In this document: piece after piece, positions 20,149 to 32,449 of the stretch
Layout of the letters: every line of letters begins with the position of its first letter
Position numbering within the stretch: the stretch's first letter is position 1
Source: an uncultured Chloroflexia bacterium
GTDB lineage: Bacteria > Chloroflexota > Limnocylindria > Limnocylindrales > CSP1-4
NCBI GenBank assembly: GCA_963707215.1
Contig: CAVPPB010000003.1
Span: 1,152,001 to 1,216,000 of the forward strand
Direction of reading: 5' to 3'
Length of the DNA stretch: 64,000 bases
Notes under the pieces: generated by a model
What the model was told of the DNA's origin: nothing
What the model saw: only the letters and a program-made list of their open reading frames with translations
The model's database searches: none
Program-made: the position numbers and the translations under genes

Positions 20149-22290
20149 ATGAGCCGACCCGATGCCGCCTCCGTCGTCGTCCCCGTCGTCGTTCCCGGCC
20201 GACCCGGCCGCCCGTACGCCCCGTCGGTCGTCCACCGCCAGGTCGTCCTCGAGGAGCACGACACCAGCCCGGACGGGCGCCACGCCGTCGTCGTCCGGCG
20301 GTCGGTCCGCGGCGACGACTACGCCTCGCAGCTGTGGCTCGTCCCGCTCGATGGTGGTCGGCCCCGGGCGCTGACGTCAGGGGCCGTCCGCGACACGCAC
20401 CCGCGATACCGGCCCGACGGCCGGGCGATCGTCTTCAAACGCTCGAAGGTCGGCGGCCCGCACCCGGCCGACCATGCCCACGAGGGCGGCCGCCTGCTGA
20501 TCCTCCACCTCGACGCCTCCGGCCGGCCCGACGGCGATCCGGTCGTGGTCCTCGGCGGCGAGCGGAGCATCGGCGAGCTCGCCTGGTCGCCCGACGGCCG
20601 CCGGCTGGCGTTCACGGCCGAGGTCGATCCGCCGCGGTTCCTCATCGGAGCCGAAGGCCGACGGCGAGCGAGGGCGGGGAGCGATGGCCATGCCAGGGAG
20701 CGGACGCCGCTCGGTCGCCACATCCGGCGGATCGACTGGCGCTACGACGGCACCGGCCACGTCGATCGCTGGGAGCACCTCTTCGTCGTCGCTGCACGCA
20801 AGGGCGCCCGAGCGCGCCAGCTGACCCGTGGCGACTTCGGCGTGAGCGGGATCGAGTGGGCGCCGGACGGCGCGTCGATCGCCTACGCCGCCGACCCACG
20901 CCCCGACGCCGATCTGCGACCGCGGACCTCGATCTGGCGGATCCCGGCCGAGAGAGGCGAGCCCAGGGAGGTCCTCGCCCTCGGCGGCAGCGCGTCGGCT
21001 CCGGCGCACTCGCCCGACGGTCGCTGGCTGGCGGCGGTCGGGGTGGTCGAGAGCGATCCGCTCGACGACGTGAGCCCGACCCTGGTCGTCGGGCCGGCCG
21101 ACGGCTCCACGCCGGCCCGTGCGCTGGCGCAAGACCTGGACCGTCCCGTGGGCGCCTGGCACGACTCCGACCTCAACGGTTGGGTGACGAGCGGCCAGTC
21201 GCGCCCGGTCTGGGCCGACGAGGCGACGATCATCGCGCTCGTCTCCGACCGGGGTCGGACGGTGCCCTGGCGGTTCCGGGTCGACCCGGCGACCGGCCGA
21301 CCGGCCGCCCGACCGGAGCCCGCCGTGACCGGCCCATCGGCTGACGCGGCTTGCTGGACGGTCCGAGCCGCCGGCGGCCGGACGACGGCGCTGGGGCTGC
21401 TCGGCGGCCGAGCGCAGGAGCTCCTCGCGGTCGAGGGCGAGGGGCATCGCACGCGCTTCAGGACCGTGACCTCCCTTGGTTCGGCCTGGCAGCGCGGCCT
21501 GGTCGCGCCCGAGCTGCGCAGGTTGGAGGCGCCCGGCGAGGGGGGCGCCATCGAGACCTGGGTCGCCTCGCCGCCGGACGCCGGGGACCGGGCTCTGCCC
21601 ACGGTGGTGGACGTCCACGGCGGGCCGCTCGGCGCCTGGGCACCGACGCCCTCGCTCGAGGTCTTCCTGCTCGTCTCGCGCGGCTACCGGGTCGTCCTCC
21701 CGAACATCCGGGGCTCGGCGACCTACGGCCGCGACTGGATCCGGCCCCAGCTCGGCGACTGGGGCGGGGTCGACGCCGCCGACGTCCACGCCGCGCTCGA
21801 CGCCGTCGTCGCGACCGGGCTGGCCGATCCGGACCGACTCGGCGTCCTCGGCCTCTCGTACGGCGGCTTCATGGTCCACTGGCTCATCGGCACCTCGGGC
21901 CGTTTCGCCGCGGCCGTCTCGGAGAACGGCGTCGTCAACCAGGTCGGCGCCTGGGCCAACAGCGACACCGGGCCCGAGTACTGCCGGACCTCGCTCCTCG
22001 GCGACCCGTTCACCCCGGAAGGCGTCGAGAAGCTCTGGCGCCAGAGCCCGCTTCGGAACGTCGGCGCCATCCGGACGCCGCTGCTGATGCTCCAGGCCGA
22101 GGCCGACCGGCGCTGCCCGCAGGGCGACAACGAGCAGCTCTTCATCGCGCTCCGGCTGCTGGGTCGGACGGTCGAGTACGTCCTCTACCCGGACGAGTAC
22201 CACGTCTACGCGACGACCGGCCGACCCGACCGGCGGATCGACCGGATGACCCGCATGCTCGACTGGTTCGACCGCTACCTGAAGGGCTAG
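20149..22290 (+). CDS. S9 family (acylaminoacyl/dipeptidyl) peptidase with PD40-type beta-propeller
   Basis: Repeated (W)SPDG motifs, HGGP, GLSYGG, DRRCP Asp, EYH His. Confidence 0.93.
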   Translation: MSRPDAASVVVPVVVPGRPGRPYAPSVVHRQVVLEEHDTSPDGRHAVVVRRSVRGDDYASQLWLVPLDGGRPRALTSGAVRDTHPRYRPDGRAIVFKRSKVGGPHPADHAHEGGRLLILHLDASGRPDGDPVVVLGGERSIGELAWSPDGRRLAFTAEVDPPRFLIGAEGRRRARAGSDGHARERTPLGRHIRRIDWRYDGTGHVDRWEHLFVVAARKGARARQLTRGDFGVSGIEWAPDGASIAYAADPRPDADLRPRTSIWRIPAERGEPREVLALGGSASAPAHSPDGRWLAAVGVVESDPLDDVSPTLVVGPADGSTPARALAQDLDRPVGAWHDSDLNGWVTSGQSRPVWADEATIIALVSDRGRTVPWRFRVDPATGRPAARPEPAVTGPSADAACWTVRAAGGRTTALGLLGGRAQELLAVEGEGHRTRFRTVTSLGSAWQRGLVAPELRRLEAPGEGGAIETWVASPPDAGDRALPTVVDVHGGPLGAWAPTPSLEVFLLVSRGYRVVLPNIRGSATYGRDWIRPQLGDWGGVDAADVHAALDAVVATGLADPDRLGVLGLSYGGFMVHWLIGTSGRFAAAVSENGVVNQVGAWANSDTGPEYCRTSLLGDPFTPEGVEKLWRQSPLRNVGAIRTPLLMLQAEADRRCPQGDNEQLFIALRLLGRTVEYVLYPDEYHVYATTGRPDRRIDRMTRMLDWFDRYLKG

Positions 22291-22372
22291 CCGATGCGAA
22301 GCGGCCGCACGCCGAGGCGCATGGTCGTGGGCCGGTCGACGGCCGGCGGATGGCCGGCCGGCCAGTGACCGG

Positions 22373-23345
22373 CTAGCCGAGCGGCAGCTCCGGTCGCGGT
22401 CCGCCGAGGTGACGCGCCGCTGCGCGATGGCCACCGAGGGCGGCCCGGTGGAGCGCGGCCGGCAGCGGCAGCTCGCCGAGCCGGGCTGCGTGCCAGGCCA
22501 CCAGGAAGCCGGCATCGAAGGCGTCGCCGGCGCCCGTCGAATCGGTCGTGACGACCGCCCTGGTCGCGACCTCGAAGCGCAGCCGCTCACCATCGGCCTG
22601 CCGGGCCAGGACGGTCGCCCCCTGGGCACCTCGCTTCACGACCGCGATCGGCGCGTACTCCAGCAGGTCGTCGACCGCGTAGCGGCCCAGGAGGGCCTCG
22701 GTCTCGGCGGCCGTGGCGAAGAGGACGTCCGCCCCGATCCGGGTCACCAGCGCGCGAGCTGCCCGGCGACCGCGGGCCAGCAGCGGCGCGATCGAGGCGA
22801 GGTCGAGGCTGATGACCGCCCCGGCGGTTCGACCGAGGTCGACGGCCTTCTGGCCGGCCAGCCCGAGCGGCTCGCCGAGTAGCGAGTAGGCCGGCAGGTG
22901 GACGATGTCGGCAGACGCGAACCAGGCTTCCTTCAGGTCCTCCGGCCGCAGCTCGTCCGCCGCCCCCCGGTCGGCGACGAAGGAACGCTCGCCGCCGGCC
23001 CCGACCACCACGCCGATCCGTCCGCTCGGCCGGCCGGGCACCCGGACGACCCGCGCGGTGACGCCGTCCTCCCTGATCGCGGCGACGAGCGCCCGTCCGA
23101 TCGGGTCGCGGCCTATCGCCGCGACGAGCGAGGTCCGAGCGCCCAGCCGAGCGAGCCAGCGGGCCGTGTTGGCCGCCGAACCGCCCTGGCGGAGCGTGAC
23201 CCGGCCCGGCACGTCGGTGCCCGGTCTCCAGGGGTCGACCGGGGGCCAGCACCGCATCGAGGACCAGGTCGCCGACCACGATGACCCGGGCGGCCCGGGT
23301 CCGGGTCGGCCGTCGCGGGCGCCTCGGGGGTCGGATGGTCGGCAT
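22373..23345 (-). CDS. PfkB family kinase (possible pseudouridine kinase), one frameshift near 23220
   Basis: [10 protein letters not shown] in one frame, then QGGSAANTA...[12 protein letters not shown] in another. Confidence 0.85.
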
Positions 23346-23468
23346 GGGTCGAGGATACCGAGCGCCGGGGCCCGCGCCCAGCCCCCGTCGCCGGTCGTGC
23401 GCCCGCGGCCCGTACAATCGACTCGAGCGTCGACCCCGATCCAGCGACCGAACGGAGGGCCCACCCGG

Positions 23469-25543
23469 ATGACCATCGGCCCCGCCTCGAAGCCCGACCT
23501 CGACCGCCTGGCGATCGACACGATCCGGACCCTGTCGATCGATGCCGTCCAGCGAGCGAACTCCGGGCACCCCGGCGCCCCGATGGGCATGGCCCCGATG
23601 GCCTACGTGCTGTGGACCCGGTTCCTCCGCCACGCGCCGACGCATCCCGAGTGGCCCGATCGCGACCGCTTCGTCCTGTCCGCCGGGCACGCCTCGATGC
23701 TCCTCTACTCGCTCCTCCACCTCACCGGCTACGCCGTGTCGCTCGACGACCTGAAGGCCTTCCGCCAGTGGGGCTCGATCACCCCCGGTCACCCCGAGCA
23801 CGGCTTGACGCCCGGCGTCGAGGCGACCACCGGCCCGCTCGGCCAGGGGTTCGCGAATGCCGTCGGCATGGCCATCGCCGAGCGTCGCCTGGCGACCGAG
23901 TTCGACCGCCCCGGCCACGACGTGATCGACCACTGGACATACGGCATCTGCTCCGACGGCGATCTGCAGGAGGGGATCGCGGCCGAGGCCGCCTCGCTGG
24001 CCGGCCATCTCCGCCTGGGACGGCTGGTCATGCTGTACGACGACAATCGGATCCAGCTCGACGGGCCGACGGCGATGGCCTTCACCGAGGACGTCCCGGC
24101 CCGCTTCGCGGCCTACGGCTGGCACGTCCAGCGGGTCGAGGACGGCAACGACGTCGAGGCGATCGCGGCGGCCATCGACGCCGCCCGGGCCGACCCTCGG
24201 CCGTCGCTCATCGCCGTCCGGACCCACATCGGCTACGGCAGCCCCAACAAGCAGGACAGTCAGAAGGCCCACGGCGCGCCGCTCGGCGAGGACGAGGTCC
24301 GGCTGACCAAAGAGGCCTACGGCTGGGATCCCGACGGCCACTTCGTCGTCCCCGACGAGGCGTCGGGGGTCTTCCGGGTCGCCGCCGCACGGCGGCGAGG
24401 CGCTGGTCGCCGATTGGGAAGCAGCGATGGACCGCTACGCAGCGGCCTACCCGGACCTGGCCGCCGAGCTCCGACGACGGCTGGCCGGCGAGCCGGCGCC
24501 CGGGCTCGCGACGCCCCTCCCGAGCTGGACTCCCGGCGACGAGCTGGCGACTCGCAACGCCAGCCAGGCCGTGCATCAACGCCGTCGCCCCGGTCGTGCC
24601 CGAGCTCTTCGGTGGAGCCGCCGACCTGTCGGAGTCCAACCTGACCGACGTCAAGGGCGCGGGCGACTTCAGCGCGGTCGAGGCCGGTCGCAACCTCCGC
24701 TTCGGGGTCCGCGAGCATGCCATGGGCGGGATCGCCAACGGCATCGCCTACCACGGCGGCTTCATCCCGTACGTGGGCACGTTCCTGACCTTCAGCGACT
24801 ACATGCGCGGCTCGGTCCGGATCGCCGCCCTGATCGAGCTCCACGTCGTCTACGTCTGGACCCACGACTCGGTCGGCCTGGGCGAGGACGGCCCCACCCA
24901 CCAGCCGGTCGAGCAGGTCGCCGCCCTGCGGGCGATCCCCGGGCTGTGGGTCGTCCGACCCGGCGACGCCAACGAGACGGCCGCCGCCTGGGCCCTGGCC
25001 ATCGAGCGCCGCGACGGGCCCGTCGCCCTGGCCCTCTCGCGGCAGAAGCTGCCGACCCTGCCGGGCACCGCGGAGCTGGCCGCCGACGGGATCCGTCGCG
25101 GCGGCTACGTCCTGCGCGCGGCGATCCGGCGAGGCGGACGGGCGGCGACCCGCGGTCGTCCTGATCGCGACCGGCTCGGAGCTGTCGCTGGCCGCCGAGG
25201 CTGCCGAAGTCCTCGAAGGCGGATGGCATCGGCCCGCGTCGTCAGCCTGCCCTGCTGGGAGCGCTTCGAGGCCCAGGACACCGACCTACCGCGACAAGGT
25301 CCTGCCGCCGTCCGTGGTCGCCCGCGCGTCGGCGATCGAGGCCGGCGTGACGCCTCGGCTGGGAGCGCTGGGTCGGCGACGATGGGGCGATCGTCGGGCT
25401 CGATCGCTTCGGCGCCTCGGCGCCCGGCCGACGGTCATGCGCGAGCTCGGCTTCTCGCCCGAGCACGGGTCGCCGAGGTGCGCCGCCGAGGTCGTCGCCG
25501 GTGGCTTGCGGGGCCGGGTGCCGGCGCCGGATCGGGCCACTGA
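23469..25543 (+). CDS. tkt: Transketolase (several frameshifts)
   Basis: [59 protein letters not shown]; TACAAT -10 at 23413-23418. Confidence 0.95.
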
Positions 25544-25556
25544 GGAGGCGAGCGCC

Positions 25557-26073
25557 ATGCGGATCGCCTTCGCAGCGGACCACGCCGGCTCGGCGCTCAA
25601 GGACGAGCTGCTCCGACGGAGCCGGCGCGGCCGACGCCGGCCACGAGCTCATCGACCTCGGCGGCGACGGCAGCGACCCGACCGACGACTACCCGGACTT
25701 CGCCCGGCGACTCGGCGGAGCGATGCGGAGCGGCGCGGCCGACCGCGGCGTGCTGGTCTGCGGCAGCGGCGTCGGCGCCTCGATCGCGGCCTCCAAGCTG
25801 CGCGGCGTCCGGGCGGCCGTCTGTCACGACACCTACTCGGCCCGCCAGGGCGTCGAGCACGACGACATGAACGTGCTCTGCCTCGGCGCCGGGTCATCGG
25901 GCCGGAGACGGCCCACGAGTGCGTGCCGCGCCTTCCTCGGCGCCACCTTCAGCAACGAGCCGCGCCATGCCGCGCCGGCTCGGCAAGGTCCTCGCGATCG
26001 AGGCCGACGAGACCGGGACGGGGAGCGACGAGCGATCCGGAGGCGAGCCAGACGACCGGGGCGACCGGGATGA
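25557..26073 (+). CDS. rpiB: Ribose-5-phosphate isomerase B (frameshifted)
   Basis: [46 protein letters not shown]; GAGGAGG RBS; 3' end approximate. Confidence 0.9.
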
Positions 26074-27828
26074 CCATCACGCACGGGGGACGCGACGCGA
26101 CGCGCCTCGCGGTCGCGACCGCGACTCGATCGGGCCACCCGCGAGCGGTGGGCGGCCCGGCTGTCCGACCGCGACACGTCGCTCTGGACGACGGTCCCGA
26201 CGGTGGCGAGCCGAGATCGACGACCGGCTCGGCTGGCTCGACGCGCCGGCCCGGTTCGCGCCCAGATCCCGGCCCTCGAGGAGTTCGGGGAGCGGATCCG
26301 GGAGCCGGCTTCCGGGCGGTCGTCGTGGCCGGCATGGGCGGCAGCAGCCTGGCGCCCGACGTCCTCGTCCGGGTCTTCGGCACGACCGACGACTGGCTGG
26401 AGCTGCGCGTCCTCGATTCGACCGACCCGGCGGCCGTGGCCGCGACGGTCGACGATCTGGACCCGCTCTCCACCCTGTTCATCGTGTCGAGCAAGTCGGG
26501 CACGACGACCGAGACGGCGGCGTTCCAGGCCGACGCCTGGGCACGGACGCGGGGCGCCCTCGAGGCCCGCGGCAGCGACGAGTCGCCGGGCATGCTGATG
26601 GTGGCGATCACCGATCCAGGCCGGTCGCTCTACGCGATCGCCCACCACGACGACCTGCGCGAGGTCTTCCTCAACCCGCCGGACATCGGCGGACGCTACT
26701 CGGCGCTGACCTACGTCGGCCTCATCCCCGCCTCGCTCATCGGCATCGACCTCGACCCGCTCCTCGAGTCCGCCGGCTCGATGCTCGGAGCGCTGCCGGA
26801 TCGACGATGCCGGAGCGAACCCCGGCCTGGCCCTGGGCGTCGTCCTGGGGACGCTCGCTCGTGCTCGGCCGCGACAAGCTCACCCTGGTGGCCGATCCGG
26901 CGATCGCGCCGTTCGGCTCCTGGCTCGAGCAGCTCGTCGCCGAGAGCACCGGCAAGCACGGGAGCGGGATCGTGCCGGTCGACCTCGAGCCGCTCGGCGG
27001 CAGCGCCGTCTACGGATCCGACCGCGTCTTCGTCCGGCTCGCCTGGCCGGCGCCGAGCCCTCCGCGCCGGCTCCGGACGGGACCTCCGCCGACGACCTCA
27101 TGGCGGCCCTGGAGGCGGCGGGCATCCCGTGATCCGCATCGCGCTCGAGGACCCCATGGACCTCGGCGGGGAGTTCGTCCGCTGGGAGGTCGCGACGGCC
27201 ATGGCGGGAGCCGTCCTGGGGATCGATCCCTTCGACCAGCCCGACGTCGAGAGCGCCAAGGAGGCGACCCGACGACTCCTTGAGAACCACGGGCGGGGCG
27301 CCGACCTGCCGGAGCCCTTGGCGACGACCGCCGACGGCCTGTCGCTCTATGCGGGTCCGGGGCTTGCGTCCGTCGGCGGGGACGCGGCCCGCATCCTGGC
27401 CGCCCACCTGGCCCGGCTCCCGGCCAGCGGCTACCTCGCCGTCCAGGCGTTCGTCGCCCCGGGCCCGGCTCGCGACGCGGCCATCGAGCAGGTCCGCCGG
27501 GCCGTCCGCGACCGCACCGGGCGGGCGACGACGGCCGGCTATGGCCCGCGCTTCCTCCACTCCACCGGCCAGCTCCACAAGGGCGGCCCGCCGAATCGGC
27601 TGCTTCCTCCAGCTGACCGCCGATCACCGCGTCGACCGCGAGATCCCGGGCTGGCCGCACACCTTCGGCCAGCTCATCGACGCCCAGGCTGCGGGCGACC
27701 GAGCGGTGCTGGTGGAGCGGCATCTGCCGATCCTCCGGATCCATCTCGGGCACGACACCGACGCCGGCTTCGGGGCACTCGAGCGGCTGACCGCAGCGGC
27801 GCTCGATCGACTCGAGCGAGGCGCCTAG
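26070..27828 (+). CDS. pgi: Glucose-6-phosphate isomerase (Tal-Pgi-type SIS domains; frameshifted)
   Basis: [72 protein letters not shown] across frames. Confidence 0.9.
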
Positions 27829-27857
27829 GACACCGACCACCAACGGGAGGCGCGACG

Positions 27858-28762
27858 ATGCGGATCGGCTTCATCGGACTCGGCCGGATGGGCGCCAACA
27901 TGGTCCGCCGTCTGCTCCGCGACGGCCACGAGGTGGTCGCCTACAACCGGAGCCCGGAGAAGACCCGCGAGATCGCGACCGAGGGCGCGGAACCGGCCTT
28001 CGACATGGCGGAGCTGGTCGGAAGCCTGGCAGACGCCTCGGCACCGTCTGGATCATGGTCCCGGCGGCGAGCGCCGACGGAGGCGCAGATCGACGAGCTG
28101 CATCGAGCATCTCGAGCCGGGCGACACGATCATCGACGGCGGCAACACGAACTTCCACGACGACGTCCGGCGGCACGCCAGGCTCGCCGAGCTCGGCATC
28201 CGCTACGTGGACGCCGGTGTCTCGGGCGGCGTCTGGGGCCTCCAGGTCGGCTACTGCCTGATGGTCGGCGGCGACCGGGACGCGGTCGAGCCGCTGGAGC
28301 CGGTCTTCCGCAGCCTGGCCCCCCAGGACGGCTATCTCCACGTTGGTGGGCCCGGGGCGGGCCACTACGTGAAGATGGTCCACAACGGCATCGAGTACGG
28401 CCTGATGCAGGCCTACGCCGAGGGCTTCGAGATCATGCACGCCAGCGACTACGACCTCGACCTGGCGGCGGTCGCCGGCCTCTGGAACCACGGCTCGGTC
28501 GTCCGATCGTGGCTGCTGGAGCTCGCCGAGCGGGCGTTCCGGGCCGATGGCCAGGACCTGGCGGAGCTCAAGGGCTGGGTCGCCGACTCGGGCGAGGGCC
28601 GCTGGACGGTCCAGGAGGCGATGGACCGCGACGTGCCCAGCGCCGGTCATCACGCTCTCGCTCCAGGCCCGCTTCCGGTCCCGCCAGGACGACTCGTACG
28701 GGGCGAAGGTGCTGGCCGCCCTGCGCAACCAGTTCGGCGGACACGCGGTCAAGAAGGACTGA
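27858..28762 (+). CDS. gnd: 6-phosphogluconate dehydrogenase, short decarboxylating type (frameshifted)
   Basis: IGFIGLGRMG, DAGVSGG, GAGHYVKMVHNGIEYG, DSGEGRWT, LRNQFGGHAV. Confidence 0.93.
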
Positions 28763-28813
28763 CGAGTGAGGTCCGTGCCGGCCATCCGCCGACGTCCCGC
28801 GAAGGAGGCAGCG

Positions 28814-29518
28814 ATGACGAGCGTCAGCGAGGTCATGGCCCAGCTGGAGGCGGCCGGCACCGAGCAGAACCGCAAGGTCTACCGTCGCCACGGGGCCCGG
28901 GAGCCGCTCTTCGGCGTCGCCTTCGGGGTGCTCCGGCCGCTGGCCAAGGCGTACGGGCGCGACGACGAGCTGGCCCGCGGCCTCTGGAGGACCGGCAACA
29001 CCGACGCCCGCCTCCTGGCCTGCATGGTCGCCGACCCGGCGGCGATGACCGAGGCGGACCTCGACGCCTGGCTGGCCGACATCGACTACTACGTCCTCGT
29101 CGACACCTTCGTCGGCGAGGTCGCCTCCAAGGTCCCCGGCGTCCGGGAACGCTGGCGCCGCTGGGCGGCCTCCGGCCGCGACTGGACCGCGCAGGCCGGC
29201 TGGGACCTGCTCGGCTTCCTGGCCATGCGCGATCGCGACCTCGGCGACGAATTCTTCGCCGAGCAGCTGGCACGGATCGAGCGCGAGCTGCCGGCTGCGG
29301 GCAACCGGACGCGGCATGCGATGAACGGAGCCGTCATCGCCATCGGCATCCGCGATGACCGGCTGCGGGTCGAGGCGATCGAGGCGGCCCGGCGGATCGG
29401 CCCGGTCGAGGTCGACCACGGCGAGACCGGCTGCACCACGCCGGCGGCCGAGCCGTACATCGAACGGACCTGGGCTCGCCAGCGGGACAGCGCGGCACGG
29501 GCCGGGACGGCCAGGTGA
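28814..29518 (+). CDS. DNA alkylation repair (AlkD-like HEAT-repeat) protein
   Basis: FGV..G.LR.LAK, LA..LW.TG..DARLLA, MNGAVIAIG, IGPVEVDHGETGCTTP; AAGGAGG RBS. Confidence 0.8.
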   Translation: MTSVSEVMAQLEAAGTEQNRKVYRRHGAREPLFGVAFGVLRPLAKAYGRDDELARGLWRTGNTDARLLACMVADPAAMTEADLDAWLADIDYYVLVDTFVGEVASKVPGVRERWRRWAASGRDWTAQAGWDLLGFLAMRDRDLGDEFFAEQLARIERELPAAGNRTRHAMNGAVIAIGIRDDRLRVEAIEAARRIGPVEVDHGETGCTTPAAEPYIERTWARQRDSAARAGTAR

Positions 29519-31163
29519 GCCCGACCCGGCGACCGATCGTCGCTGGCGAGTCCCGCCCGCCGGCTCTGCCCGAGCCGGCCACGATGCGCGAGGCGCGCCT
29601 GGCTCGGCGGGGCCGTCGGGCCCGCCGGCCGAGCGGTCCTCCCAACCCGCTGCGCGAGGGCCTTCGCCTGGAACGGATGCCCGACCCCTGCGCCTTCGTC
29701 CTGTTCGGGGGGACGGGCGACCTGGCCCATCGGAAGGTGCTTCCGGCACTGCTCCAGCTCTGGCGGACCCACCTGCTGCCCCAGGAGTTCGTCGTCGTCG
29801 CCATCGGCCGACGGCCGTTCGACGACGACTCGTTCCGGGCGGAGCTCCGGGCCACGCTCGAGAAGCACTCGCGGGTCGAGGTCGAGCCGACCATCCTGGA
29901 CGACTTCCTGGGCCATGTCGTCTACCTCCGTGGCGACCTCGCCGACGACGCGACCTATGGGCATCTCGAGGAGCGCCTGGGAGACCTGGACGGGACGTTC
30001 GGGACGGCCGGCAACTACCTCTTCTACCTGGCGACCCAGCCGTCGGCGTTCGCCCCGATCGTCGGTCAGCTGGGCCGCGTCGGCCTCGACCATGAGACCC
30101 GGGCCGGCGGCTGGCGGCGCATCGTCATCGAGAAACCGTTCGGCCGCGACCTCGAGTCGGCCCGCCGCCTCAACCGGGAGGTGGCCAAGGTCTTCCGGGA
30201 GTCGCAGGTCTATCGCATCGACCACTACCTGGGCAAGGAGACCGTCCGGAACCTGCTGGTCTTCCGCTTCGCCAACGGGATCTTCGAGCCCATCTGGAAC
30301 CGTCGGTACGTCGACCACGTCCAGATCACCGTTGCCGAGTCGATCGGCGTCGAGACGCGAGGCAGCTTCTACGAGGAGACCGGGGCGTCCCGGGACTTCC
30401 TCCAGAACCACCTGATGCAGCTCCTCTCCCTCGTCGCGATGGAGCCGCCGGCCTCCCTCGACGCCGACGCCCTGCGCGACGAGAAGGTCAAGGTGATCCG
30501 GGCCATCGCCCCGATGGCGCCGGCGGCGGTCGCCCGGGACGTGGTCCGTGGCCAGTACGGGTCCGGGCTGGGTCGCCGGACGGCCCGTGTCAAGGCTTCC
30601 GCGAGGAGGCAGAGGTGGATCCGCGCTCCGAGACCGAGACCTACGTGGCCGCCCGCCTGCTCGTCGACACCTGGCGCTGGTCCGGCGTCCCGTTCTACGT
30701 TCGGACCGGCAAGCGCCTGCCCAAGCGGGCGACGGAGATCGCCATCGGCTTCCGCGAGGTCCCGCATCGGCTGTTCCGGGACGTCGCCGTGGCCCCCGAG
30801 CCGAACCTGCTGGCGATGCGCATCCAGCCGGACGAGGGCATCCTCCTGCGGTTCGAGGCCAAGGTCCCCGGCCTGGGGCTCGACGTCCGGGCGGTCAACA
30901 TGGACTTCTCGTACGGCTCGTCATTCAGCGTCGACTCGCCGGACGCCTACGAGACGCTGATCCTCGACGCCCTGCTCGGGGATGCGTCGCTGTTCACCCG
31001 GGCCGACGAGGTCGAGGCGGCCTGGGGCGTCGTCACCCCGATCGTCGACGCCTGGCTCGACCAGCCCGCGCCGGGGTTCCCCGACTACGAGGCCGGGACC
31101 TGGGGCCCTGCGGCGGCCGACGCCCTGGTCGCCCGCGACGGCCGGCGCTGGCGGCGGATCTGA
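29515..31163 (+). CDS. zwf: Glucose-6-phosphate 1-dehydrogenase (frameshift near 30565-30615)
   Basis: [57 protein letters not shown]. Confidence 0.95.
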
Positions 31164-32449
31164 TGCGTGGGACCGACGGCGTCGCGGCGGTCGGAGCCGC
31201 TCAGGCTGCCGAAGCCGGCCCGACCCTTCACTGGACGGCCCGGGCCGGTTCGGTCGACGAGGTGGAGCGCGAGCTGGGTCGCATCTGGGCAGCGGCCGAC
31301 CTGGAGGTCCAGACCCCGGACGGCCCGGAGCGTCGGATCGCCGCCCGCTCGAGCGTCCTCAACCTCGTCGTCGTCGCCCGCCGGCCGGAGCTGGGCGTGC
31401 GGGCGGCGGCCACGGTCGCCGGGCTGACCGGTCGCCACCCCTCACGGACGCTCATCCTGGCGGCTGTCGATCCCGATGGCCCGAGCTCGCTCGATGCCCG
31501 GGTGGAGGCGGCTTGTCGACTGCCCACGCCGGAGACGTTCGAGTCGTGCACCGAGGTCATCCACCTCGCCCTGGGGGGCGAGGCCGGTCGACACCTCGCC
31601 GCCAGCGTGGCACCGCTCCTTGTCCACGACCTGCCGGTCGTCGTCTGGTGGCCAGGCGACCCGCCGCTCGGCTCCGACCAGGCGAGGGACCTGCTGGATC
31701 TCGCGGACCGCCTTGTCGTAGACGGCTCGCGCTGGTCGGGCGACGGCCTGGCCCGGCTCGCCGAGCTGGCCAGGCTCACGGCTCGCGGCGAGCCGTCGGT
31801 CTTCGACTTCGCCGTGGTCCGCCAGGCTCGCTGGCGCGAGGCCATCGCCGCCGTCTTCGACCGGTCCGAGTTCCTGCCATTCCTCCGGTCGATCCGAGCC
31901 ATCGACATCAGCTACGCGAGCCGAACCGACACACCAGTCGGCACGACGAACATCGTGAAACCGATCTACCACGTCGCCTGGTTGGCCTCGCGGCTGGGGA
32001 TGACGGTCGACCAGCCACTGACCCCGGTCGCGGCACCCGGCGCTCCGGCCGGGACGGCGACGGTCGCCGGGTCGGCGCTGCCGGACCTGGCGCTCGCACG
32101 CCCGATCGAGGGACGGGGACGGACGGCCGTCCTCCGTGCCGGACGGCGGTCGGTCGAGGTCGGGGTCCATGCCGTCGCCTCGGCGATGCCGGCGGGGACC
32201 ACCCTGCGCGTCGACATCGCCGCCGAGCGGCGGAGGAGCGCCCTGCGAGCTCGGGTCTCGGCCGAGGCCGAGGGCGTTCGCGTCCGCGCCGGTATCGACG
32301 ATGGGCCGGTCTTCGACCGCTTCTACATGGCCCCTCGCGCGACCGATGTCCAGCTCCTCATGGCCGCGATCGAGAGCGGCGGCCATGACCCGGTGACCGA
32401 CGACGCCATCCGCCTGGCGGGAGCACTCATCGGGCCGGCCGTGACGTGA
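31163..32449 (+). CDS. opcA: Glucose-6-phosphate dehydrogenase assembly protein OpcA
   Basis: VLNLVV, HPSR, PLLVHDLPVVVWWPG, DRLVVD; directly after zwf with a TGATG overlap. Confidence 0.88.
   Translation: MRGTDGVAAVGAAQAAEAGPTLHWTARAGSVDEVERELGRIWAAADLEVQTPDGPERRIAARSSVLNLVVVARRPELGVRAAATVAGLTGRHPSRTLILAAVDPDGPSSLDARVEAACRLPTPETFESCTEVIHLALGGEAGRHLAASVAPLLVHDLPVVVWWPGDPPLGSDQARDLLDLADRLVVDGSRWSGDGLARLAELARLTARGEPSVFDFAVVRQARWREAIAAVFDRSEFLPFLRSIRAIDISYASRTDTPVGTTNIVKPIYHVAWLASRLGMTVDQPLTPVAAPGAPAGTATVAGSALPDLALARPIEGRGRTAVLRAGRRSVEVGVHAVASAMPAGTTLRVDIAAERRRSALRARVSAEAEGVRVRAGIDDGPVFDRFYMAPRATDVQLLMAAIESGGHDPVTDDAIRLAGALIGPAVT

Noticed and set aside
25314-28769. 1151-aa ORF that looks like an RpiB-Pgi-Gnd fusion
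   Set aside because: A patchwork produced by frameshifts; rpiB and gnd have their own RBS/start and pgi has a coupled start.
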